This document shows, one piece after another, positions 38,332-48,393 of a stretch of DNA of 64,000 bases. This DNA comes from a virus (lineage: Duplodnaviria; Caudoviricetes). Below the pieces are notes generated by a model. It saw only the letters and a program-made list of their open reading frames with translations, was not told the DNA's origin and made no database searches. The DNA is taken from IMG/VR virus record IMGVR_UViG_3300020049_007737, positions 1-64,000 of that record; one strand, 5' to 3'. Every line of letters begins with the position of its first letter. Positions within the stretch are counted from its first letter, which is position 1. A program made the translations under genes and the position numbers.

Positions 38332-40077
38332 ATGTCAAACGTACATCAATTATTAGAAAGCGCAGCAGGATCTTGGAAAACACTTCAAAGTGATGCGGCT
38401 AAATTAGCTTCTAAATGGACTAAAACAGGTCTATTAGAAGGCTTAACTACTGTGGACAGTAATAACATGTCCCTTTTATTAGAAAACCAAGCTAAGCAAT
38501 TAGTAACTGAACAAAACACTATTAGTTCAAATTCATCATTTGTTTCTAACGGAAACGGTGAAAACTGGGCTGGTATTGCATTACCATTGGTAAGAAAAGT
38601 ATTCGGTACTATTGTAGCTAAAGAATTCGTTTCTGTTCAACCAATGAACATGCCATCAGGTCTAGTATTCTTCTTAGATTTCCAATACGGAAACAGTAAG
38701 ACTCCATTCACTACTGGTGATTCTTTATACGGTAACAGAAATACTGCTTCTCAGTTCCCATTCTCTACTCCAGCTGCACAAGGTGGTTTATATGGTACTG
38801 GTAGATTCACTTACTCAACTAACCAATTCTCAGCATCAGCTCCTATCACAGGTGCTTTAGCAGGTGGTACTTTACCAACTGTTGCTTCAGGAACAGGTAC
38901 TGTAGTTACAGCTTCATGGGGTGAATTAAACTTTGATTCTACTTACTCAGCATCAGTAGCTGCAAACGGTATTTATAAAGTAACTTTAGCAACTGCTTCA
39001 ATCTTAACAGCATTTGATCAAGATGCAGTTCGTGGTTTTATTCCATCAGGATCAGGTGACGCAGGAACTTTTGCAGTAGCAAATTTATTACCTCAGTTCA
39101 CAACTTACAACTACACAGCTGGAACTATTAGTTTCTTCTATACAGCTTCTGCTACTTTAGCTGCTGGTTTGATTTCAGGTTCAATGACCTACTTCTACCA
39201 AAAGAATGGTAACGTAGATGGTATCCCAACTTACTCAGGTGGAAATAACTACAGTGGTTCTGGTCGTGGTGATTTCGAAGCTTCTGGTTCGTTCTCAACT
39301 CCAAACGCTGCAGGTTCTCAAATCTCTATCCCTGAGATCAACGTTAGAATGCAATCTCAAGCCATCACAGCTAAAACTAAAAAGTTAAAAGCAGTATGGA
39401 CTCCTGAATTTGCACAAGATTTAGCTGCATACCAAAACATCGACGCTGAAGCAGAATTAACTAACATCATGAGCGAATACATTTCAATGGAAATTGACTT
39501 GGAAATCTTAGACATGTTAATCGAAGACGCAGCAGCAGGTACTGAGTACTGGTCAGCTGTTTCTAACCAAACCATCTCAACTCAAGGTGCTATAGGAACT
39601 TCAGGTTACTACAACACTCAAGGTCAATGGTTCCAAACTTTAGGTACTAAAATCCAAAAGTTAAGTAACAAAATCCACCAATTAACTTTACGTGGAGGTG
39701 CTAATTTCATCGTAACTTCTCCAACAGTAGCTACTATCTTAGAATCAATCCCAGGATTTGCTTCTACAAGCAATGGTGAAGCTGATCAAATGGAATACGC
39801 TTTCGGTGTACAAAAGATTGGTACTGTAAACGGTCGTTACAAGGTTTACAAAAACCCTTACATGACTGAGAATTTGATGTTAATGGGTTACAGAGGTAGC
39901 CAGTTCCTAGAAACAGGTGCTGTATTCGCTCCGTACATTCCGTTGATCATGACTCCATTAGTGTACGATCCAGAAACTTTCACACCAAGAAAAGGTCTAT
40001 TAACTCGTTACGCTAAGAAAATGTTAAGACCTGAATTCTACGCGAAAATCTATGTTAGTGGTTTAAACACTATCTAA
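38332..40077 (+). CDS. Major capsid protein (T4 gp23-like)
   Basis: 'VSVQPMNMPSGLVF', 'KLKAVWTPEFAQDL', 'APYIPL' and 'FTPRKGLLTRY'. Confidence 0.97.
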   Translation: MSNVHQLLESAAGSWKTLQSDAAKLASKWTKTGLLEGLTTVDSNNMSLLLENQAKQLVTEQNTISSNSSFVSNGNGENWAGIALPLVRKVFGTIVAKEFVSVQPMNMPSGLVFFLDFQYGNSKTPFTTGDSLYGNRNTASQFPFSTPAAQGGLYGTGRFTYSTNQFSASAPITGALAGGTLPTVASGTGTVVTASWGELNFDSTYSASVAANGIYKVTLATASILTAFDQDAVRGFIPSGSGDAGTFAVANLLPQFTTYNYTAGTISFFYTASATLAAGLISGSMTYFYQKNGNVDGIPTYSGGNNYSGSGRGDFEASGSFSTPNAAGSQISIPEINVRMQSQAITAKTKKLKAVWTPEFAQDLAAYQNIDAEAELTNIMSEYISMEIDLEILDMLIEDAAAGTEYWSAVSNQTISTQGAIGTSGYYNTQGQWFQTLGTKIQKLSNKIHQLTLRGGANFIVTSPTVATILESIPGFASTSNGEADQMEYAFGVQKIGTVNGRYKVYKNPYMTENLMLMGYRGSQFLETGAVFAPYIPLIMTPLVYDPETFTPRKGLLTRYAKKMLRPEFYAKIYVSGLNTI

Positions 40078-40109
40078 TATTAGATAACACTTTATAACTA
40101 AAGTTAAAG

Positions 40110-40136
40110 AACCCCACTGAAAAGTGGGGTTTTTTT
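40110..40136 (+). terminator. Intrinsic terminator after the capsid gene
   Basis: ACCCCACT-GAAA-AGTGGGGT followed by a T-run. Confidence 0.9.
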
Positions 40137-40142
40137 GTCAAA

Positions 40143-40197
40143 TTTGGATAAGTAATATTAAGTTAGTATATTTAAGTAGGCCTATATGATATGTATA
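40143..40197 (+). promoter_or_regulatory. Tandem putative promoters: Bacteroidota-type (40143-40172) and late-box variant TATGTATA (40190-40197)
   Basis: TTTGG-N19-TATATTT, then ATATGTATAA. Confidence 0.5.
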
Positions 40198-40219
40198 ATT
40201 AAATAAAATAGTTTTTAAA

Positions 40220-41134
40220 ATGAAAGAAACCCCATCCCAATTAAAGGTTCCAAGTTATGTATTAAACTTCCCCTTTTCTTTAAGCACTGAAAATCCAAAC
40301 AATATTTGGATGGAAGAATTATCACCTGAAGATTTAAAAATCAACCGTCCAAAAGCATACAAACAATTTATGGATTTGTATAACTTTATTGCTGGTGGAT
40401 CTTTAGTGTATTTATTACCTTCGTATGGTGATTATCAAGATCAAGTTTATGTCGCTAACGTTGGAATTCATTTACCCCACATTAAAGACGCTAATATCGT
40501 GGTATTATCCAACTTTACTTCGGAGCCTAGACAAGGTGAAGAAATGTCTGCTAATCCATTATTTCAATTAATGAATTATACTACTCACTTGTGTCCATTT
40601 AAATGGGAAGGTGAAGCAGATTTAAAATATATTGGAGGAAATAATTACATAGGTGGTTACGGTCAACGTTCAACATTAGAAGCATACCATTGGATGGAAC
40701 AAATGTTTAATATGAACATTATTAAAGTAGAAATGGTTGAACCTTATTTATATCATTTAGATTGCTCAGTATTTCCATTAACTAACGAAAAAACATTAAT
40801 TTGTACTGAATTATTTACACCTGAGGAATTAGAAGAAATAGGTAAATATACAGAAATTATTGATATTAATGTTGATGATGCTTTTGGCGGATTAACAAAC
40901 TCAGTAAGAATGGGAAATATGGTTTTATGCGCTTCTAATATTTCAGAACTAAAACGTACTGATTCTTTATATGAACTAGAAAAACACAAGATAGATACAT
41001 TAGAAAGAATATGTGCTAACGAAGGTTTAGAACCAGTTATATTCAATTTATCAGAATATATGAAATCAGGTGCAATGTTATCATGTTGCGTGATGCATTT
41101 AAATTATGTTGATTACGATAAATCATTAATCTAA
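40220..41134 (+). CDS. Amidinotransferase/arginine deiminase/DDAH-superfamily (pentein) enzyme
   Basis: 'DQVYVAN', 'R.GE', 'WEGEAD', 'YHLDC' and C-terminal 'SGAMLSC' with the catalytic Cys. Confidence 0.85.
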   Translation: MKETPSQLKVPSYVLNFPFSLSTENPNNIWMEELSPEDLKINRPKAYKQFMDLYNFIAGGSLVYLLPSYGDYQDQVYVANVGIHLPHIKDANIVVLSNFTSEPRQGEEMSANPLFQLMNYTTHLCPFKWEGEADLKYIGGNNYIGGYGQRSTLEAYHWMEQMFNMNIIKVEMVEPYLYHLDCSVFPLTNEKTLICTELFTPEELEEIGKYTEIIDINVDDAFGGLTNSVRMGNMVLCASNISELKRTDSLYELEKHKIDTLERICANEGLEPVIFNLSEYMKSGAMLSCCVMHLNYVDYDKSLI

Positions 41135-41853
41135 TGGCTAAGACGTTAAAAGACTGGATTAAAACAGATGTAAAAAAGGCTGAAAAAATGTCTATTGAAC
41201 AATTGTCTAATCAATTTTTCTTTAGAGATCCGCTTAGAACAATGTATATTGATAATGAGCATTTTTATTCACCTGCTGATGGAACTATTTTATATCAAAA
41301 AATAATTAAAGATCCTACTGAACCAATTGTGGAAATTAAAGGTATAAATTATACCTTACAAGACGCAATGGGTGATAAAGAATATAATAAACCATCTTTA
41401 GTTGTTGGTATATTTATGTCATTTTATGACGTTCACATCAATCGTATACCTTATGGAGGTTATTTATCATATAAACCTATAGACGCGATAGAATCAACAA
41501 ACAAACCAATGTTAGCGACCGAAAAAGATATCTTTAACGGTAAAATTAATCCCGCTAACTTAGAATATTTAAAATACAATGAAAGAATGTGGAATAAAAT
41601 TTATTCCCCTTCAATAGATTATACTTATTACCTTATACAAATAGCTGACGAAGACGTAAATGTTATTGTTCCATTCACAACAGATCAAAATGATTTGTTT
41701 GCTCAAAATGAAAGATTCTCTTTAATAAGATGGGGTTCTCAAGTAGATCTTATTTTACCATTAGATGAACGATTCGATTTTGAATTATGTTTGGAAGATC
41801 ACATGCATGTTGAAGCTGGACTTGATAAACTTATTAAACTTGTAACAAAATGA
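41134..41853 (+). CDS. psd: Phosphatidylserine decarboxylase-family pyruvoyl enzyme
   Basis: 'FFFRD', 'SPADG', 'IFMSFYDVHINRIP' and 'WGSQVD' self-cleavage motif. Confidence 0.8.
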   Translation: MAKTLKDWIKTDVKKAEKMSIEQLSNQFFFRDPLRTMYIDNEHFYSPADGTILYQKIIKDPTEPIVEIKGINYTLQDAMGDKEYNKPSLVVGIFMSFYDVHINRIPYGGYLSYKPIDAIESTNKPMLATEKDIFNGKINPANLEYLKYNERMWNKIYSPSIDYTYYLIQIADEDVNVIVPFTTDQNDLFAQNERFSLIRWGSQVDLILPLDERFDFELCLEDHMHVEAGLDKLIKLVTK

Positions 41854-42536
41854 CCCAACCAAAACACGACGACGAAGTTTTTAAAAACAAAACTAAACCA
41901 AAAGGACCAATCAAATTTAAAATTGACTTAAATTCAGAACAAAAAGAAGCTAAGCAAATAATATTAGATAATCCAGTAACACTTATTAAAGGTATGGCAG
42001 GTAGTGGTAAAACATTATTAGCATGTCAAATAGCCTTAGATATGGTGTTTAAAAAAGAAATGGATAAGATTATTATTACTCGTCCTACAGTATCTAAAGA
42101 AGAAATTGGTTTCTTACCAGGTGACTTAAAAGAAAAAATGGATCCTTGGTTAGCACCTATTTATTCTAATTTATATCTTTTATATGATAAAGAAAAAATT
42201 GATAAATTGGTAGCAGATGGTCAAATTGAAATTGTACCATTTGCATTTATGAGAGGTAGAACATTTCCAAAATCATTTGTTATTGTAGACGAATGTCAAA
42301 ATATAACTCACTCACAAACTGAAATGATGTTAGGTCGTTTAGGTAAAGGTGGTAAAATTGTATTCTGTGGAGATATATCTCAGGTAGATTTAAAAAGTAA
42401 AAGAGATTCTGGTATTGGGTTTTTTGATATACTTGATGCTAGAGTTAAAGGTGTTAGAATAATTTCATTAAAGAAAAATCACCGTCACGAGATCGTAGAA
42501 GAAATTCTTAAGATTTACGAAGAAGTTAGAGACTAA
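41850..42536 (+). CDS. phoH: PhoH-family ATPase
   Basis: 'GMAGSGKT', 'IGFLPGDL.EK', 'MRGRT', 'DECQN' and 'GD..Q.D'. Confidence 0.95.
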   Translation: MTQPKHDDEVFKNKTKPKGPIKFKIDLNSEQKEAKQIILDNPVTLIKGMAGSGKTLLACQIALDMVFKKEMDKIIITRPTVSKEEIGFLPGDLKEKMDPWLAPIYSNLYLLYDKEKIDKLVADGQIEIVPFAFMRGRTFPKSFVIVDECQNITHSQTEMMLGRLGKGGKIVFCGDISQVDLKSKRDSGIGFFDILDARVKGVRIISLKKNHRHEIVEEILKIYEEVRD

Positions 42537-42557
42537 ATATTTAGAATAATATGTGTT

Positions 42558-42588
42558 AAAGCCATTCATTAGAGTGGCTTTTTCTTTT
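42558..42588 (+). terminator. Intrinsic terminator
   Basis: AAAGCCATTC-ATTA-GAGTGGCTTT followed by TTCTTTT. Confidence 0.75.
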
Positions 42589-42597
42589 CTATTTTAA

Positions 42598-42605
42598 TAT
42601 TTATA
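42598..42605 (+). promoter_or_regulatory. Putative late promoter box TATTTATA
   Basis: Between the terminator and the neck operon. Confidence 0.7.
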
Positions 42606-42616
42606 ACTAAAAGACA

Positions 42617-43039
42617 ATGGCGATTTTTACTTTAAAAATAATTGAACAATTAACTCTTAATGGAGATGATGTTGGATCATCTATAACTCAAACAATTAAT
42701 AATGTTAATTATATTGATAATAGAATTTTGAGTGTCCCTACAGGATCTATAACAACAATATTCTCAATGGATAGTGTTCCTGGAGCTGGTACATTTGTAA
42801 CTAGTAGTTTTCAATATGGTAGAATTACTAACAATTCAACTATTGTACCTATTAAATTAATTGTATCTTCTTCAACAGAAGCAATGAGTTATTTAATAGC
42901 AACAGGAAGTTCATTCTTACTTTCTACAAGTAAAATAACAGGCAGTACATCAGGAATGCTATTTGATGATATCAAATCAGTAAAAGTAGAACCTTCAGGT
43001 AGTGCAGCTAGTATAGAATATTACATTTTAACAAACTAA
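42617..43039 (+). CDS. Hypothetical virion protein
   Basis: S/T-rich, beta-type; heads the neck operon. Confidence 0.55.
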   Translation: MAIFTLKIIEQLTLNGDDVGSSITQTINNVNYIDNRILSVPTGSITTIFSMDSVPGAGTFVTSSFQYGRITNNSTIVPIKLIVSSSTEAMSYLIATGSSFLLSTSKITGSTSGMLFDDIKSVKVEPSGSAASIEYYILTN

Positions 43040-43046
43040 TTAAATT

Positions 43047-44270
43047 ATGGCAAACATTCCTATTTGGCCCGGTTCGAGTTCATTCTCTTCAGTATATAAT
43101 ACATTCTATTATAGTGGATCATTACCGTCACCAACTCCATTCGGATTTTATGATAATGATGCTCAATTTCAAATAGATGCTAATAAAGTAGCTAATTTTT
43201 GTGCTTTACGTTTAGGATATCCTATTGAAAATATTGAATTACAAGATATTAACTTTTGGGCTGGATTTGAAGAAGCAACAACAGTTTACGGTAATGAATT
43301 ATATGCTTTCCAGACAAGAGATAATTACTTAACACTAGAAGGAGCATCAACTAATACAAATGTAAATAATACATTATTAACTCCTTCATTTGAAACCATT
43401 GTTAGATTATCTCAACAATATGGTGAAGAAGCAGGTGTTGGTGGTAATGTAACTTATTATAAAGGACGTTTACCTTTAACAGCAGGTCAACAAAGATATG
43501 ATTTAAAACAATGGGCAATAGATGAAGGTATTACTGGTGGAATTGAGATTAAAAGAGTATTTTATCAACCACCTCCAGCAATTAATCAATTATATTCTCC
43601 AATGTTAGGCACAGGACCAGGTGGTTTAGGAGGTGTTCCTGCTGCTGGTGTTTATGGTTTAGGATATGGTTATACAAACTATATGATGATGCCTACTAGT
43701 TTTACTATGCAAAACATAAATGCTATTGAAATGCAAAATACAGTAACATTATCTAATTATACATTTGAATTAGTGAATAATATTATAAGTGTATTCCCTA
43801 TTCCTGGAACAGGTTTGGTTGATGGATTCGGTGGAGAGTATGATGGGTTTGTAGGACATTATTTAATATTTGATTTCATTAAAATGGAAGATAGAATTAA
43901 TTCTGCATTTGCTAATGGTGATAATTTAATTACAAATACATCAAATGTACCTTATGTTAACCCAGTTTATTCACAAATAAACTCAATAGGTAGAAGTTGG
44001 ATTTTTGAATATACATTAGCTATTTGTAAAGAAATGCTAGGATATGTTAGAGGAAAATATTCAACAATTCCAATTCCAGGTGGAGATGTAACTTTAAATC
44101 AACAAGATTTATTAGCATCAGCTCAAACAGCGAAAGAAGCATTAATAACAAGATTAAGAGATTATTTTGATCAAACATCAAGACAAGCATTATTAGAAAG
44201 AAGAGCAGCAGAATCAGTAGCAAGAGTACAAGAAATTAATCAAGTACCAATGACAATTTTTATAGGATAA
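43047..44270 (+). CDS. Neck/head-tail adaptor protein (T4 gp13-like)
   Basis: 'LRLGYPIENIEL' and 'W..EYTLA..KEMLG.VRGKY...PGG.VTLN'. Confidence 0.8.
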   Translation: MANIPIWPGSSSFSSVYNTFYYSGSLPSPTPFGFYDNDAQFQIDANKVANFCALRLGYPIENIELQDINFWAGFEEATTVYGNELYAFQTRDNYLTLEGASTNTNVNNTLLTPSFETIVRLSQQYGEEAGVGGNVTYYKGRLPLTAGQQRYDLKQWAIDEGITGGIEIKRVFYQPPPAINQLYSPMLGTGPGGLGGVPAAGVYGLGYGYTNYMMMPTSFTMQNINAIEMQNTVTLSNYTFELVNNIISVFPIPGTGLVDGFGGEYDGFVGHYLIFDFIKMEDRINSAFANGDNLITNTSNVPYVNPVYSQINSIGRSWIFEYTLAICKEMLGYVRGKYSTIPIPGGDVTLNQQDLLASAQTAKEALITRLRDYFDQTSRQALLERRAAESVARVQEINQVPMTIFIG

Positions 44271-44271
44271 T

Positions 44272-44829
44272 ATGGCACTATACGGCGAAGCAAGAGATAT
44301 AAGTTTATTTAGAAGAATTAACCGTGAGTTAATGGGGAATATTGTCTCTCAAGAGGTAATATACTATAAATACAACATTACAACTACTAAGACAAACATG
44401 TATGGTGAATCAGTTGAAGGAAGAAATTTCGCTGATCCTGTAATATTATTTTCTCGTATAGAAGTAGGTCCACAAGAAGCACCAGTAAGTGAATTAGGTG
44501 TTGATTTTAATTGGACTATGACCTTCTTCTTCTTACGTGATGACTTATTAGGTAAAAACCCTGATTTTAATACAGGTAGTTTATATGGTGCTGATTTACA
44601 TCCTGAAGTAGGTGATGTAATAGCATATCAAAATGGATATTGGGAAGTAGATAACACAAATGCTACTCAATTCTTTATGGGTAAAGACCCTCAATACCCT
44701 TATTACGATGGATATGGACAAAACCCATTAAATCCAGGATTAGAAAATTTCGGGTACAATGTTGAAGTTAGATGTGATTGTCATTACGTACCAAGTGACA
44801 GATTAAATATTATTAAATCAAGAATGTAA
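44272..44829 (+). CDS. Neck/head closure protein (T4 gp14-like)
   Basis: Position; 'NMYGES' and 'PEVGDVI..Q..YWEV'. Confidence 0.65.
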   Translation: MALYGEARDISLFRRINRELMGNIVSQEVIYYKYNITTTKTNMYGESVEGRNFADPVILFSRIEVGPQEAPVSELGVDFNWTMTFFFLRDDLLGKNPDFNTGSLYGADLHPEVGDVIAYQNGYWEVDNTNATQFFMGKDPQYPYYDGYGQNPLNPGLENFGYNVEVRCDCHYVPSDRLNIIKSRM

Positions 44830-45836
44830 TGGCTAAAACTAGAAAACCAATACCACCAACCCAAAGAGAACTTAGTGTTCAACAACATAAATCTTTTGAT
44901 AAAGAAGTAGGGAATCCTAATTATGCTGTTGAAAATGGAAAAACTAACAGATCATTAAATTTATCTTTTAAAGGTGATAATACAAAACCGTTTTCAATAG
45001 GCATTAAAGATATTGATGAATCAATATTTTATTACTTTCAAAATGTTATTAAACCAACAGTAATACAAAATGGACAACGTTTACCTGTTCCAGTAATATA
45101 TGCATCTCCTGAAAAGATGAAATCATATCAAAAAGATGGATACTACAGAGATCAATTAGGTAAAATACAAGCACCATTAATAGCTTTTAAACGTGAATCT
45201 ATTGATAAAAATAGAACAATTGCTAATAAGTTAGATGCTAATAATCCTAACAATTTTGGAGTGTTTACTAAAAAATATAATCCAAAAAATGCATACGATA
45301 ATTTCCATGTATTAAATAATAGAATTCCTGTTAAAACACATTATGCAGTAGTAATGCCTGATTATTTAACAGTAACTTATTCATGTACTGTATTTACTTA
45401 TTATGTAGAACAGTTAAATAAAATTGTTGAAGCTATTGAATATGCATCAGATGCGTATTGGGGAAATCCTCAATTATTTCAATTTAGAACAATGATTGAT
45501 TCATTTGGTTTCCAAACTGAATTGAGCGCTAATGATGAACGAATGGTAAGAAGTACATTTACTATAAAAATAAATGGCTACATTATTCCAGATGTATTAC
45601 AAAGAGATCTTAACACTATTGTAAAATATAACGATAAAGCAAAAATTATATTCTCTGTAGAAGCAACTAACAATACAGGTATATTTGAAGGTGCTATTGA
45701 AGGTAATAGAATTATAACAACAGATCCTGTTCGTCTTAAAGATCGTGCAACATTTGTTAATGGTAACGAAGGTGGAGATGTAATTGGAGACATAAGCAGT
45801 ACTGAAGCTGAAAACAGATCAACTGCAATTGGATAA
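44829..45836 (+). CDS. Tail terminator/sheath stabiliser (T4 gp15-like)
   Basis: 'VPVIYASPEK...P.I...R' and 'P....Y......EQLNKIVE'. Confidence 0.65.
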   Translation: MAKTRKPIPPTQRELSVQQHKSFDKEVGNPNYAVENGKTNRSLNLSFKGDNTKPFSIGIKDIDESIFYYFQNVIKPTVIQNGQRLPVPVIYASPEKMKSYQKDGYYRDQLGKIQAPLIAFKRESIDKNRTIANKLDANNPNNFGVFTKKYNPKNAYDNFHVLNNRIPVKTHYAVVMPDYLTVTYSCTVFTYYVEQLNKIVEAIEYASDAYWGNPQLFQFRTMIDSFGFQTELSANDERMVRSTFTIKINGYIIPDVLQRDLNTIVKYNDKAKIIFSVEATNNTGIFEGAIEGNRIITTDPVRLKDRATFVNGNEGGDVIGDISSTEAENRSTAIG

Positions 45837-45842
45837 TTCTAA

Positions 45843-45850
45843 TATTTATA
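45843..45850 (+). promoter_or_regulatory. Putative late promoter box TATTTATA
   Basis: Upstream of the fibre gene at 45855. Confidence 0.6.
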
Positions 45851-45854
45851 TCAA

Positions 45855-48341
45855 ATGGCAAAAATTAGATTTTTAGATCAGGTACCTATTGGTGTTTTTG
45901 AAACACCTACTAGCACTACTAATGGAGCATTTAGTGGTTCATTTACAGGTTCATTGTTTGGAACAGCAAGCTGGTCTATTTACTCGTTAACCGCTTCTTA
46001 TGTATCAGGAAGTGTAGCTAATGCTGTAAGTGCATCATATGCTCTAACAGCTTCATATGCTTTAAACGGTGGTAGTGGTGGATCTAATATATCTGGTGCA
46101 CAATACTTTGTTCCTTTATTTAATAGTACTAGCTCATTAGTTACTAGTTCAATATACCAATCAGGATCTTATACATCTATAAGAAATTCAACAGGACCTG
46201 AAGACCCAACTAACCCTGACATACTTTATGTTAGTGGTGATGGGGTTGATACTTACAATTTAATATCTGCTCATGGTAATTTAGATAGTTACGTACAAGT
46301 AAATGTACAAAACTACAATACAGGCTCAGGAGCATCTTCAGATATAGTAGCAACAGCAGATGATGGAGATGAAACTACGGGTTATATTGATATGGGTATT
46401 AACTCATCTTTATACACAGCAAGTAATTTTGTAGGATCTGCTAAAGATGCTTATATATATTCAACAGGCAATGATTTATACATTGGAAACGCTACTCCAA
46501 ATAAAGAAGTTATATTATTTAATGGTGGTCTAGATGCTATTAATAACGCTAGAATTCACATTCATGACCAAGGTACTATAGGTATTAATACTAATCAATA
46601 CGATATATTAAATCCACCTTCATTACAGATTCAAGCACCTAATACAACTACAACTAACTTAGTTCAGATAACAGGTGAAACTGATAACTTTATTCAAGTA
46701 GCTATATCTAATACTAATGGTGGTGGAAACGCATCAGCCGATTTAGCTTTATATAATGACTTAGACCCTAATCAATTAGATGGTTATATTGACGTAGGTA
46801 TTAACTCAGTTAATTACATACCTAATGATACTTATCCTGGAGGACCGGGTGATGCTTATATTTTTACAAGTGCAAATCACTTTCATATAGGTACAATAAA
46901 CAATGAACCAATTGAATTATTCATAAGTGGTGCAGGTGATAATACACTAGGAAGATTATACTTAAGCCCAGACAACAATCACTGGATGTCAGGTTCATTT
47001 ACTGTAACTCAAGGTGTAACAAGTTCATTATTAGGAACAGCAAGTTGGGCAGAACAATCAATAAGTTCTTCTTATGCTTTAACAGCATCTTATAGTTTAA
47101 ATGCAATTACAAGTTCTTATGCACTTAATGCTTTATCATCATCATATTCTGATACAGCTTCTTATGCTTTTAATTCTATAAGTTCATCATACGCATCAAC
47201 GGCATCATATGTTTTAAATGCTGTAAGTTCATCATATTCTGATACATCATCATATTCATTTAATTCTGTTAGTTCTTCATATGCTACAACAGCTTCATAT
47301 GTTTTAAATGCTGTTAGCGCTTCATTTGCTTCTACAGCATCATACTTAAATACATTAAATCAAGATTTAACATTCAATGGTAATCTAATATTAAATGGTA
47401 CTGCTAGTATTACATACCTTAACACAGTATTTGAAACAGCGTCTGTTATTTACTCTTCAGGATCAAATCAATTTGGTGATGCTGTAAATGATACTCAAAT
47501 ATTAATAGGTAGAACAATAGTAAGTGGAAGTTTTGAAGTAACAGGTAGTACTAATATTCCTTCATTAACAGGTTCATTATTAGGAACAGCTTCTTATGCT
47601 GACACGACTTTAAGTGCATCTTATACTAATAATGCTACAAGTGCTAGTTATTCATTAACAGCATCATACTTTTCAGGTTCTACTCTTAATGCTACAAGTG
47701 CGTCTTATGCCTCAACTGCATCGTATGTTTTAAATGCTATAAGTAGCTCATTTGCAGCTACAGCATCCTATTTCTCAGGATCAATTTCATCCGCTGTAAG
47801 TGCATCTTATGCATCAACAGCTTCATATGTCACTTTAGCTCAAACAGCATCTTATGTTTTACAAGCAGTGAGTTCATCATTTGCTTCTACTGCTTCAATA
47901 GCTACAAGTTCATCATATGCTTTAACAGCCTCATATGTTGCTAATGCTTCATCATTCCCTTATACAGGAAGTGCTGTAATAACTGGTAGTTTAATAGTAA
48001 CAGGAACAATTGCTTTAGGTGACCCTACAGCCCCTGCTGTTTATACAAGTATTAAAACAACTGTAAATTCTGGTTCAACAGTAATTTATAATGTATTAAC
48101 TTCTTCTTATGATAGTGCATTTTTCGATTATTCATTAAAAGGATCTAGTGGTGCAAGAGCAGGTAATATTATGGCAATATGGAGTGGAAGTAGTGTAAGT
48201 TACACTGACAATTCAACTGCAGATATGGGTAATACTACAGATTTTGTTTTTGGAATAATATTATCAGGAAGCAACATGGTGTTAACAGGTTCAACAAGTA
48301 CAAACGGATGGACTTTAAAAACAGCAATAAGAACAATTTAG
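45855..48341 (+). CDS. Fibre-like virion protein with (T/S)ASYA repeats
   Basis: Tandem 6-7 aa ASY repeats; modules shared with 48394 and 54197. Confidence 0.7.
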   Translation: MAKIRFLDQVPIGVFETPTSTTNGAFSGSFTGSLFGTASWSIYSLTASYVSGSVANAVSASYALTASYALNGGSGGSNISGAQYFVPLFNSTSSLVTSSIYQSGSYTSIRNSTGPEDPTNPDILYVSGDGVDTYNLISAHGNLDSYVQVNVQNYNTGSGASSDIVATADDGDETTGYIDMGINSSLYTASNFVGSAKDAYIYSTGNDLYIGNATPNKEVILFNGGLDAINNARIHIHDQGTIGINTNQYDILNPPSLQIQAPNTTTTNLVQITGETDNFIQVAISNTNGGGNASADLALYNDLDPNQLDGYIDVGINSVNYIPNDTYPGGPGDAYIFTSANHFHIGTINNEPIELFISGAGDNTLGRLYLSPDNNHWMSGSFTVTQGVTSSLLGTASWAEQSISSSYALTASYSLNAITSSYALNALSSSYSDTASYAFNSISSSYASTASYVLNAVSSSYSDTSSYSFNSVSSSYATTASYVLNAVSASFASTASYLNTLNQDLTFNGNLILNGTASITYLNTVFETASVIYSSGSNQFGDAVNDTQILIGRTIVSGSFEVTGSTNIPSLTGSLLGTASYADTTLSASYTNNATSASYSLTASYFSGSTLNATSASYASTASYVLNAISSSFAATASYFSGSISSAVSASYASTASYVTLAQTASYVLQAVSSSFASTASIATSSSYALTASYVANASSFPYTGSAVITGSLIVTGTIALGDPTAPAVYTSIKTTVNSGSTVIYNVLTSSYDSAFFDYSLKGSSGARAGNIMAIWSGSSVSYTDNSTADMGNTTDFVFGIILSGSNMVLTGSTSTNGWTLKTAIRTI

Positions 48342-48349
48342 TTCTAACA

Positions 48350-48357
48350 TATTTATA
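48350..48357 (+). promoter_or_regulatory. Putative late promoter box TATTTATA
   Basis: Upstream of 48394. Confidence 0.65.
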
Positions 48358-48393
48358 ACAAACCAAATCTTGGAAAGTGAAAAGATTTAACTA

